A stretch of 47,237 nt of DNA, taken from contig JAQXUJ010000227.1 in assembly GCA_029219925.1 (NCBI GenBank), forward strand, positions 1 through 47,237, read 5' to 3'. Position numbers and translations under genes: made by a program. The DNA is from Clostridiales bacterium (lineage in GTDB: Bacteria; Bacillota; Clostridia; UBA1381). Within the stretch, counting starts at the first letter, position 1. The number at the start of each line of letters is the position of its first letter. Shown here one piece after another: positions 18,243 through 24,595 of the stretch. The notes beneath the pieces are model-generated. The model was not told the origin of the DNA, searched no databases, and was given only the letters and a program-made list of their open reading frames with translations.

Positions 18243-19088
18243 TTATTTCTTGATTAATGCGTCTGTCAGATTGTATTTAGCCGCAATTTCCTCAACTGTA
18301 CCGTCAGCATAAAGCTCAGAGATAGCCTTGTCAACGGCTGCGGTCAGGTCGCTGCCCTTTCTGAAGGCAATGCCGTACTGCTGGTCGCCGAAATTGTTGT
18401 CCATGTTGCATACCAGGTCGGAGTAATCGGTGCCTTCGCCGGTCATTGCAAGAGCGCATACACTGTCAACGAGAGCGGCGTCTGCGGTACCTGACTTAAC
18501 CTCCATAAGAGCCTTTGCCATGGAGTCAACGCCGGTGTAGTTAGCTCCTGCGAAGAATTCCTTAGCAGAAACAACAACTGTGTCGTCATCTTCAATTTCG
18601 CCCGTGATTTTGCCTTCGCCGGTTGAACCCTGCTCGGCAACAAGTTTAATTCCGTCAATATTTGCGAGGATTGCGTCTGCCTTATCCTTCTTCATAACAA
18701 GCGCCTGAGTATTTTTGAGGTACGGCTCGGAAATGCTCATGTTCTGCTTTCTTTCCTCTGTGATACACATGCCGTTCCAGATACAGTCGATGTTCTTTGA
18801 GTTAAGCTCAACCTCTTTGGAATCCCAGTTAATTTCAACGTATTCCGGAGTAATTCCCAGCTTTTCGCAGACAGCATCGCCCAGCTCCTTATCAAAACCG
18901 ATAAGCTCACCGTTGTCGTCCTTGTAGTCCAGGGGAGCAAACAGCGTAATGCCGATTGTCATTTTGCCCTTGTCAGTAACGTAAGCCAGGTCGGAATCGG
19001 TGTCCGCACCGGTGGTTTCGGTCTTTCCGCATGAGGCGATTCCCATGCACATAACGCCTGCCAATAAAAGTGATAATAATTTTTTCAT
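18243..19088 (-). CDS. amino-acid ABC transporter substrate-binding lipoprotein
   Basis: Signal peptide with lipobox (MGIASCG). Family-3 SBP pattern (IGITLFAPLDYKD..G..GFD.EL). Confidence 0.9.
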   Translation of the reverse strand: MKKLLSLLLAGVMCMGIASCGKTETTGADTDSDLAYVTDKGKMTIGITLFAPLDYKDDNGELIGFDKELGDAVCEKLGITPEYVEINWDSKEVELNSKNIDCIWNGMCITEERKQNMSISEPYLKNTQALVMKKDKADAILANIDGIKLVAEQGSTGEGKITGEIEDDDTVVVSAKEFFAGANYTGVDSMAKALMEVKSGTADAALVDSVCALAMTGEGTDYSDLVCNMDNNFGDQQYGIAFRKGSDLTAAVDKAISELYADGTVEEIAAKYNLTDALIKK

Positions 19089-19132
19089 TTTCTCTTCTCC
19101 TTCATAAAGTGATTTTCATAAAACATGAGTCT

Positions 19133-19161
19133 ATTATAGCACGACGCTTTAACATTGTAAA
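19133..19161 (-). promoter_or_regulatory. sigma-A promoter of the amino-acid ABC operon
   Basis: Minus strand reads TTTACA, 17-nt spacer, TGcTATAAT. Confidence 0.55.
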
Positions 19162-19246
19162 GTAATAAAGTGATAAAACATTAAAGTTTGGTCATATTGC
19201 ACATTAAAACAATTGGAAGTTATGCGCCGATTGTTAAACTTTACCC

Positions 19247-19279
19247 AAAAACAAAATACAAATGGGATAGAGTCCCATT
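19247..19279 (-). terminator. orphan hairpin plus T-run on the minus strand
   Basis: Minus strand reads AATGGGA-CTCTA-TCCCATT followed by TGTATTTTGTTTTT. No credible gene lies upstream of it. Confidence 0.4.
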
Positions 19280-19507
19280 AAGCGTCAGAAAATAACAGTA
19301 ACAGGTAAAAAGTTTCCGGTGATTCAAATAGTGAGATGAGGGTAAAAAAATCCTGCCCAATTTTTCATTTCTCAAATAATCGGGTGACATCCTGATATAC
19401 TTGCTATGAGTAGAAACAGCAGTCTGTATACCGATGTATAAAGTTTCCAAAAAAACAGCATACTAAACAGAGAAGGTGATTTTATAAGAGTATCAATAAA
19501 CGATTCC

Positions 19508-19693
19508 GTGAAAGCCGTGGAATTATGGACCACAAAAGAAGAACGTGCTTCAGAGGATTTTATGGCGAAAGCAGCCGACATTTTCAAGAGTAATGCAAAG
19601 GACAAAAAATACAAGCTTGTGATATTCGTATCCGGAACTGCTCCGCTCCTGCCTGAAGTTAAAGCGTTATTAAAACACAATCTATGCCGATAG
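19508..19693 (+). CDS. hypothetical small protein (61 aa from GTG, or 43 aa from internal ATG 19562)
   Basis: Lys/Ala/Glu-rich ORF that ends just before a hairpin terminator. No SD at the GTG; GAGGA lies 4 nt before the internal ATG. No family recognised. Confidence 0.3.
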   Translation: MKAVELWTTKEERASEDFMAKAADIFKSNAKDKKYKLVIFVSGTAPLLPEVKALLKHNLCR

Positions 19694-19707
19694 ATTTTAT
19701 ATAGAGA

Positions 19708-19738
19708 AACGCATATCAATTACGATATGCGTTCTTTT
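19708..19738. terminator. hairpin terminator shared by convergent small genes
   Basis: AACGCATATC (19708-19717) / GATATGCGTT (19724-19733), 6-nt loop, CTTTT on the plus strand. Confidence 0.6.
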
Positions 19739-19925
19739 AATGCGTGTTTTTCAGCTTTTTGGAAAAGGAGAATAAGGCTTTCTTAAAGCAATACTGCTTT
19801 TCAATCTCTGTCAATGATATCAATAACGGGTCCCCTTCACGAATTCTCATTGTTCTGCGGATTTCCTTAGGAATGACAACCCTGCCCAAATCATCTATTC
19901 TTCTGACAATTCCTGTTGCTTTCAT
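19737..19925 (-). CDS. AbrB/SpoVT-family DNA-binding protein, 62 aa (swapped-hairpin domain only)
   Basis: The N-terminus MKATGIVRRIDDLGRVVIPKEIRRTMRIREGDPL is near-identical to the SpoVT/AbrB N-domain signature. AAGGAG SD. No C-terminal multimerisation or GAF domain. Confidence 0.8.
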   Translation of the reverse strand: MKATGIVRRIDDLGRVVIPKEIRRTMRIREGDPLLISLTEIEKQYCFKKALFSFSKKLKNTH

Positions 19926-20011
19926 AATATAAAAAACTCCTTTTTTCTACAAAATTTCTGTATGTGCTGTTATTCTTTGCAGATAAAAGAAGTTTTATGT
20001 AATTTTGAATT

Positions 20012-20026
20012 TGGAATTTGATGGAA
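20012..20026. promoter_or_regulatory. TGGAA-N5-TGGAA motif (AbrB-type bipartite site) in the abrB-like leader
   Basis: TGGAA at 20012-20016 and 20022-20026, embedded in three tandem heptads AATTTTG/AATTTGG/AATTTGA (20001-20021). Confidence 0.3.
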
Positions 20027-20050
20027 AATTTTGTTGCAAATTATCCATAT

Positions 20051-20079
20051 AGTATATTGCTTTCGGGAATTTTTTGTAA
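20051..20079 (-). promoter_or_regulatory. sigma-A promoter of the abrB-like gene
   Basis: Minus strand reads TTACAA, 17-nt spacer, TATACT. Confidence 0.55.
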
Positions 20080-20098
20080 GAATTGTAAAAATACGGAA

Positions 20099-20127
20099 TT
20101 GACATTTTAGAAGTTATGTGATATAAT
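20099..20127 (+). promoter_or_regulatory. consensus sigma-A promoter with no annotated gene downstream
   Basis: TTGACA (20099-20104), exactly 17 nt, TGaTATAAT (20119-20127). Divergent from the abrB-like promoter. Confidence 0.7.
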
Positions 20128-20133
20128 ATTTAC

Positions 20134-20396
20134 ATACCCCATATATCGAAAGATACATAGACTGGGAGTGATGTTTGAAAAATGACATAGGAACAAGGGG
20201 TTGGCATAAATAAAGAGCAAGACATCAAAGGATGTTCCGAAAAGAAAAGAGAGATTTTGCAGCAGAGCAATATTCGCAAAATGGTTGTGATCAGTCAAAG
20301 GAGAAATGTGTGCCGGAGCGAAGGAATAGTCGGCGCAAAAGTCACAATTAGTTTAAAATAAGAGTCAGCCTATAAAGCGAGGGATCGTAATTGCAT
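20134..20396 (+). ncRNA. candidate orphan small RNA, unclassified (3' end uncertain)
   Basis: No ORF of 60 aa or more and no SD-led ORF on this strand. Several local hairpins: GNRA hairpin 20144-20155; 20221-20236; 20254-20282; and a nested pair 20285-20291/20341-20347 enclosing 20309-20315/20331-20337. The strand is purine-rich. Confidence 0.3.
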
Positions 20397-20425
20397 AAAA
20401 AAACGGCGAACCGTAAGATTCACCG
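20397..20425 (-). terminator. intrinsic terminator of the tRNA operon
   Basis: Minus strand reads CGGTGAA-N8-TTCGCCG (one G-U pair) followed by TTTTTTT. Confidence 0.7.
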
Positions 20426-20429
20426 AAAT

Positions 20430-20503
20430 GTGGCAGCGGGAACAGGATTCGAACCCGTACAGAGTGAGTCAGAGTCACTAGTGCTACCTTTACACCATCC
20501 CGC
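20430..20503 (-). tRNA. tRNA-Gln (anticodon CUG)
   Basis: 74-nt cloverleaf read by hand: acceptor AGCGGGA/TCCCGCT, anticodon stem AGTGA/TCACT with loop CT-CTG-AC, T-loop TTCGAAT, encoded CCA. Confidence 0.8.
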
Positions 20504-20515
20504 TATTTAAAAATG

Positions 20516-20600
20516 TTGGTGCGAGGGACGAGACTTGAACTCGCAAGGTAAAAACCACACGCCCCTCAAACGTGCGCGTCTGCCGATTCCGCCACCCTCG
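20516..20600 (-). tRNA. tRNA-Leu (anticodon GAG)
   Basis: 85-nt class II tRNA: acceptor GCGAGGG/CCCTCGC, D-arm GGCGGAATCGGCAGACGC, anticodon loop TT-GAG-GG, long variable arm, T-loop TTCAAGT, encoded CCA. Confidence 0.9.
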
Positions 20601-20617
20601 CCTGTCGACAACTACTT

Positions 20618-20646
20618 TATTATACCAAATATATTTTTAGATGTCA
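20618..20646 (-). promoter_or_regulatory. consensus sigma-A promoter of the tRNA-Leu/tRNA-Gln operon
   Basis: Minus strand reads TTGACA, 17-nt spacer, TATAAT. Confidence 0.75.
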
Positions 20647-20729
20647 ATATTTTTTTAAAATTTTTTTCAAATATTTTATGTCGGTCTAAAAAACAGCAGT
20701 GATAGATTCGAAGCAAGAAAGGACCAAAT

Positions 20730-21110
20730 ATGAACGTTGATACAGTAATTTACAACAATGTGGAAAGACTGATTGAGGAATACGGTCTTTCCGAAAGTAC
20801 TTGCACCGCGCAATGTGGACTTAGCGCCAACTTCTTTACGAATTTCCGCAAGGGCACAACTAAACATTTCAAGGTATGTGATGTTATAGAGCTTGCGGTT
20901 TTTTTCGGGGTCTCATTGGACTATCTTTGTGATTACAAAAATACGCGCAGTGACTTTTTCATGCCCAAACAAAAAATGGTTCCCTGTGATGAAAAGAGGC
21001 TTGTGGCCGCATTTAAAAAACTGGACGCAACGGGCAGGAGCGTTATATGTCAGGCTCTGGGCGAAGAAATTAAAAATACCCGTAAAAGATTTCGAAACCG
21101 AAAAGGCTAA
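20730..21110 (+). CDS. XRE-family helix-turn-helix transcriptional regulator
   Basis: 126 aa. N-terminal HTH_3-like segment ending in the typical FGVSLDYL, plus a basic C-terminal tail. Confidence 0.8.
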   Translation: MNVDTVIYNNVERLIEEYGLSESTCTAQCGLSANFFTNFRKGTTKHFKVCDVIELAVFFGVSLDYLCDYKNTRSDFFMPKQKMVPCDEKRLVAAFKKLDATGRSVICQALGEEIKNTRKRFRNRKG

Positions 21111-21117
21111 CTTTGTG

Positions 21118-21146
21118 TTGCAATTTAAATGTAAATGTGATATAAT
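21118..21146 (+). promoter_or_regulatory. sigma-A promoter of the eutS-eutP-ireB-phosphatase operon
   Basis: TTGCAA (21118-21123), 17-nt spacer, TGaTATAAT (21138-21146). Confidence 0.65.
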
Positions 21147-21150
21147 AATT

Positions 21151-21290
21151 ACGGATATAACTGCGCCGAACGCAGCATATTCACCGGCGGCAGAGTTTTA
21201 ATTAATCTATGAGGAAATCGGCGAATTTTTAAAGTGCGCATGATTTACGTATAAACTTTTGCCGCCGTGTAGTGAAGAGCATGAAATTAG
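21151..21290 (+). promoter_or_regulatory. structured 5' leader (unclassified cis-regulatory candidate)
   Basis: Hairpin CTGCG/CGCAG (21161-21175). Long-range 13-bp helix 21182-21195 / 21257-21269 (one bulge, two G-U pairs). Alternative pairing CGCCGA (21164-21169) / TCGGCG (21218-21223) followed by AATTTTT. Confidence 0.3.
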
Positions 21291-21302
21291 GAGGTTTTCC
21301 GG

Positions 21303-21686
21303 GTGAATATTACAGATGCCGTTTTGGAAAACGGCAAGGATAAAACGCGTATCATTCAGGAAATTGTGCCGGGCAAGCAGATAACTCTGGCGCATATAAT
21401 TGCCGGACCTGATGATATACTGTATAAAAAGCTGGGACTTAATCCCGAAATTGACTATAATAATGATTCTATTGGAATAATAAACGTTTCGCCGGCTGAA
21501 ACGGCGGTTATTGCCGCGGATATTGCCATGAAGGCGTCAAATGTTGAGCTGGGCTTTGTCGACCGGTTCAGCGGTACGCTGATTATAACGGGAACTGTTT
21601 CCAACACTGAGGCGGCAGTGAATGCCGTATGCGATTATGCCCGTGAAAAGCTTGGTTTTGCCGTTTGTGAAGTGACGAAAACCTGA
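21303..21686 (+). CDS. eutS: bacterial microcompartment shell protein, EutS/PduU type (permuted BMC domain)
   Basis: GTG start 9 nt after AGGAGG. RIIQEIVPGKQITLAHIIA .. GFVDRFSGTLIITG matches the EutS/PduU signature from end to end. Confidence 0.85.
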   Translation: MNITDAVLENGKDKTRIIQEIVPGKQITLAHIIAGPDDILYKKLGLNPEIDYNNDSIGIINVSPAETAVIAADIAMKASNVELGFVDRFSGTLIITGTVSNTEAAVNAVCDYAREKLGFAVCEVTKT

Positions 21687-22153
21687 TGAAAAAGATGATG
21701 CTTGCAGGGAGGAGCGAGAGCGGCAAAACGACGCTTATTCAGGCGCTTCGGGGCGAGAAAATTAAATACAACAAAACTCAGTACGTGAATAATTTTGACG
21801 TTTTGATTGACACGCCGGGGGAATACTGTCAGACCCACGGTTTCGGAGCGGCGCTTGCCATGTATACATATGAAGCTCAGGTTGTGGGGCTGGTACTCAG
21901 CGCCGATGAGGAATATTCGCTGTTTCCGCCGGCATGCGCGGCTGTTGCAAACAGACCGGTAATCGGAATCGTAACCAAGGTGGACAGTCCGCGAGCTAAT
22001 ACCGAGAGGGCCGAGGCATGGCTCAGACTGGCGGGCTGCGAAAAGGTTTTCTTCTGCTCATCTTACGGCGGAGAGGGCATTTCCGAAATTTTGGAGTATT
22101 TACGGGAGGACGGAGATGTTTTACCGTGGGAGCGGCAGGGAAAGGAAGGATAA
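21686..22153 (+). CDS. eutP: EutP/PduV-family microcompartment-associated GTPase
   Basis: P-loop [16 protein letters not shown] switch motif, TKVD. TGATG overlap with the eutS stop. Confidence 0.85.
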   Translation: MKKMMLAGRSESGKTTLIQALRGEKIKYNKTQYVNNFDVLIDTPGEYCQTHGFGAALAMYTYEAQVVGLVLSADEEYSLFPPACAAVANRPVIGIVTKVDSPRANTERAEAWLRLAGCEKVFFCSSYGGEGISEILEYLREDGDVLPWERQGKEG

Positions 22154-22155
22154 CT

Positions 22156-22410
22156 ATGGATTTTAACAACGATACAATGAAAATAAACTTCGAGGTTGAT
22201 AAGGAACGCGAGGTTCATGAAATAATTGAGACGGTATACGACGCTCTTAAAATAAAGGGTTACGACCCTATAAGCCAGATTGTCGGTTATATTCTTTCCG
22301 ACGATCCGACATATATAACCGGTTATAACGGCGCAAGAAGCCTTATCGTAAAGGTGGAACGGGATGAGCTTTTGGAGGAATTGGTAAAGAATTATATAAA
22401 GAATTTGTAG
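22156..22410 (+). CDS. ireB: IreB-family regulatory phosphoprotein (UPF0297)
   Basis: ORF 22018..22410. Start moved to ATG 22156 ([12 protein letters not shown]), 2 nt after the eutP stop. [29 protein letters not shown] matches YrzL/IreB. Confidence 0.85.
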   Translation: MDFNNDTMKINFEVDKEREVHEIIETVYDALKIKGYDPISQIVGYILSDDPTYITGYNGARSLIVKVERDELLEELVKNYIKNL

Positions 22411-22420
22411 GAGCGGGAAA

Positions 22421-23167
22421 ATGATAGACTTCCATTCACATATTATTCCGCACTTTGACGATGGCGCCAAAAACACGGGAATGAGCATGGAAATGCTGCG
22501 TATATCGGCAGAAATGGGAATAGATACGGTAGTGTCAACCTCACATTTCTATCCCAATCGGTATGAGGATGCCATGGATTTTGTGAGGGAACGTGACTCA
22601 TTGCTAAAAGGGGTAATCAAGGCGGGGGAAGGAAAAAAAATCCCCGAAATTGTTTTAGGTGCGGAGGTTTACGTTGATAAGAATATTTCCAAGAAGAAAA
22701 ATCTGCGGTCGCTGTGTATTGGCGGAACGGATTACATAATGCTGGAAATGCCGTATGATAAGTGGGAAGAAGACGATTTTGAGGAGATTTATCAGATAAC
22801 ACGGATGGGGCTTCGCCCGGTTATGGCGCATCTGGACAGGTATATGAAGTACAAAAACCAGTTTGGTGAGCTGTTTTCACTGGGTGTTGCGGCGCAGATT
22901 AACGCAGCGTCCGTTTTAAACCCCGGGACACGGCACGATGTTTTGACGCTGTTTGATATGGATGCGGCGCATGTTCTGGGCAGTGATATGCATAATATTG
23001 ATAAACGTCCTCCGAATGCGGCGCAGGCATATGACGCCGTAGAAAAAAAATTCGGAGCCGATTACAGACGTTTCCTTCAGCATAATGCAGAGAAGCTGCT
23101 TAAAAATGAAGCGCTGTCCGCTGCTCGGCTTCATAAAATTACCGGAATTAAAAGATTATTTGTCTAA
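22421..23167 (+). CDS. PHP-domain tyrosine-protein phosphatase (CpsB/YwqE family)
   Basis: MIDFHSHIIPHFDDGA N-terminal metal-binding motif, internal HxD/H motifs (MAHLDRY, GSDMH), 248 aa. Confidence 0.8.
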   Translation: MIDFHSHIIPHFDDGAKNTGMSMEMLRISAEMGIDTVVSTSHFYPNRYEDAMDFVRERDSLLKGVIKAGEGKKIPEIVLGAEVYVDKNISKKKNLRSLCIGGTDYIMLEMPYDKWEEDDFEEIYQITRMGLRPVMAHLDRYMKYKNQFGELFSLGVAAQINAASVLNPGTRHDVLTLFDMDAAHVLGSDMHNIDKRPPNAAQAYDAVEKKFGADYRRFLQHNAEKLLKNEALSAARLHKITGIKRLFV

Positions 23168-23170
23168 ATA

Positions 23171-23216
23171 AAAAGAAACGTTCTGAGGTATAAATTGCCA
23201 CAGAACGTTTCTTTTG
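23171..23216. terminator. bidirectional intrinsic terminator
   Basis: AGAAACGTTCTG (23174-23185) / CAGAACGTTTCT (23201-23212), flanked by A-run and T-run. Confidence 0.8.
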
Positions 23217-23217
23217 C

Positions 23218-24537
23218 TTAAAGGGTAACATTAATATCCATGGTTTCACCTTTGCGGTAAACGGTAATCACTATTGTATCTCCGGCTTTGTGCGTATCAC
23301 GGATTTTATTTATTTCCGCAACCGATTTTACCGGCGTTCCGTCCACCTTCAGGATCAGGTCGCCCACTTCAATACCGGATTTTTTCGCCGGACTGTCCTC
23401 TACAATTGATTCGACCGTAACACCGTGGTCGGCATCACTGCCGGTAATGCCAATCATAAGTCCGGAAGAGGTAGTGCCGCTGCCCGCACTGCCGGTGTTT
23501 ATAAGAGATTCGGCAATATTTTTAATATCGTTTGAGGGAATTGCGAAACTGATTTTTTCGGAACCCGATGAAATTGCAGTGGTAATCATTCCGATAACAT
23601 CACCGTTTTCGTTAAGCAAACATCCACCTGCACTGCCGGTATCGGTCATAGCATCCGTTTGCAGCAGGTTGATGGTATTTCCGCTTTGCAGTGCCAGGTT
23701 GGAATTTATTCCGCAGATAATTCCGCGGGTGACCGAAATGCCCATGCCGGAGCCGAGCATATTGCCTGCGGCGAGTACCGGGTCACCGATGTGCAGACTG
23801 TCGGAATTGCCTAATGCGGCAGGAACAAGTCCCTGAGCATCTATATGCAGGATTGCAATATCCTTTGAGGTGTCCTGACCGACAGCTTTGGCTGTGTAGT
23901 CGGTGTTATTGACAGTAACAGTTGCTTCGCCGTCTGAGCCGATTAATGAGCAGCTTGTCAGAATATAGCCGTTATCGGAAATGATAATGCCAGTACCGTT
24001 GGCGGTTTGAGAGGAAATACCGAAAAAGCTGCGGTAAGAGGATTGAGCGGATACCGATACGATACTGGGCAAAGCCTTATCCGCCGCTGTGCTTGCGGCC
24101 GACAGCTTCTCCTCCTTGCTGTCCGACGCAGAATTATTATAGGAAATAACCGCCGCCGGCTTTATGTGGGGAACGATAGCCAAGGAATATATTAAAAGTA
24201 CAACAGCACAAACCCCAAGAGAAACCGCAGCATTGGGTATCCATGAGGGAAACGTTTTTCTTAGTTTGTCGGTATTTTCCGGCGTCGGCAGATAGTTTTC
24301 AAGCTGCGACGCGAAGTCCTCTGCGTTGTTATCGCTTGTCTGCTGTGTTTCCGGAGCAATGGTTTCTGCTGTGCCGTCCGTATCGTCGTTATAAGCGTCG
24401 GTAACATTATCTGTTACAATATTTTCCGGCGCAGAGCCGTCCGACTCACTGCTATATGTGTTTTCGACAGGGTCACATGCGGCGTCTGACGTCTGCCGGT
24501 TTTCAAAGGTCTCTTCAGAATTAAAATTTTCTGACAT
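23218..24537 (-). CDS. HtrA/DegP-like trypsin-fold + PDZ membrane protein with degenerate catalytic triad
   Basis: ORF 23218..24546 (TTG). ATG 24537 preferred. Acidic ~95-aa N-tail, one TM, S1C fold and C-terminal PDZ. The His motif TNNHVV reads TSCSLI and the Ser motif GNSGG reads GSAGG. Confidence 0.85.
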   Translation of the reverse strand: MSENFNSEETFENRQTSDAACDPVENTYSSESDGSAPENIVTDNVTDAYNDDTDGTAETIAPETQQTSDNNAEDFASQLENYLPTPENTDKLRKTFPSWIPNAAVSLGVCAVVLLIYSLAIVPHIKPAAVISYNNSASDSKEEKLSAASTAADKALPSIVSVSAQSSYRSFFGISSQTANGTGIIISDNGYILTSCSLIGSDGEATVTVNNTDYTAKAVGQDTSKDIAILHIDAQGLVPAALGNSDSLHIGDPVLAAGNMLGSGMGISVTRGIICGINSNLALQSGNTINLLQTDAMTDTGSAGGCLLNENGDVIGMITTAISSGSEKISFAIPSNDIKNIAESLINTGSAGSGTTSSGLMIGITGSDADHGVTVESIVEDSPAKKSGIEVGDLILKVDGTPVKSVAEINKIRDTHKAGDTIVITVYRKGETMDINVTL

Positions 24538-24595
24538 ATGTACCAATCCTTTCTTAAATTCAAAGAGTATAAATATATTATAATACTATTTTAAG

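Noticed and set aside
20107-20298. 63-aa hydrophobic minus-strand ORF opposite the candidate sRNA, as a type I toxin with the plus transcript as antitoxin.
   Set aside because: It starts at TTG without an SD, has no minus-strand promoter, and its composition looks like an antisense artefact of a purine-rich strand.
20134-20396. A CsrB/RsmZ-like CsrA sponge. I counted seven GGA motifs (four AGGA) in the candidate RNA, one of them in a hairpin loop.
   Set aside because: The strand is purine-rich. A rough estimate from local base composition predicts about the same number of GGA by chance, and most copies are not in loops.
20134-20396. Known RNA classes for the orphan transcript: T-box, SRP/scRNA, 6S, RNase P, tmRNA, glmS, and purine, TPP, FMN, SAM, lysine, cobalamin, c-di-GMP, ZTP or fluoride riboswitches.
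   Set aside because: None of their hallmark conserved strings was found by eye (T-box GGTGGTACCGCG, SRP GGAAGCAGC helix 8, RNase P GAGGAAAGTCC, B12 box and others). No plus-strand gene lies downstream for a cis-regulator to control. A covariance-model search is still needed.
19089-21302. Integrated prophage or ICE remnant at the tRNA-Gln/tRNA-Leu locus.
   Set aside because: There is no integrase, excisionase or structural gene. I found no direct repeat of either tRNA 3' end in the flanks. It is kept only as one interpretation in the islet finding.
24560-24595. dif-like site near xerD territory (AAATATATTATAATACT resembles the AT-rich core of Firmicute dif).
   Set aside because: Only the AT-rich central part matches. 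The XerC arm (ACTTCCTAGAA-like) and the XerD arm (TTATGTAAACT) are not present, and the sequence doubles as promoter DNA.
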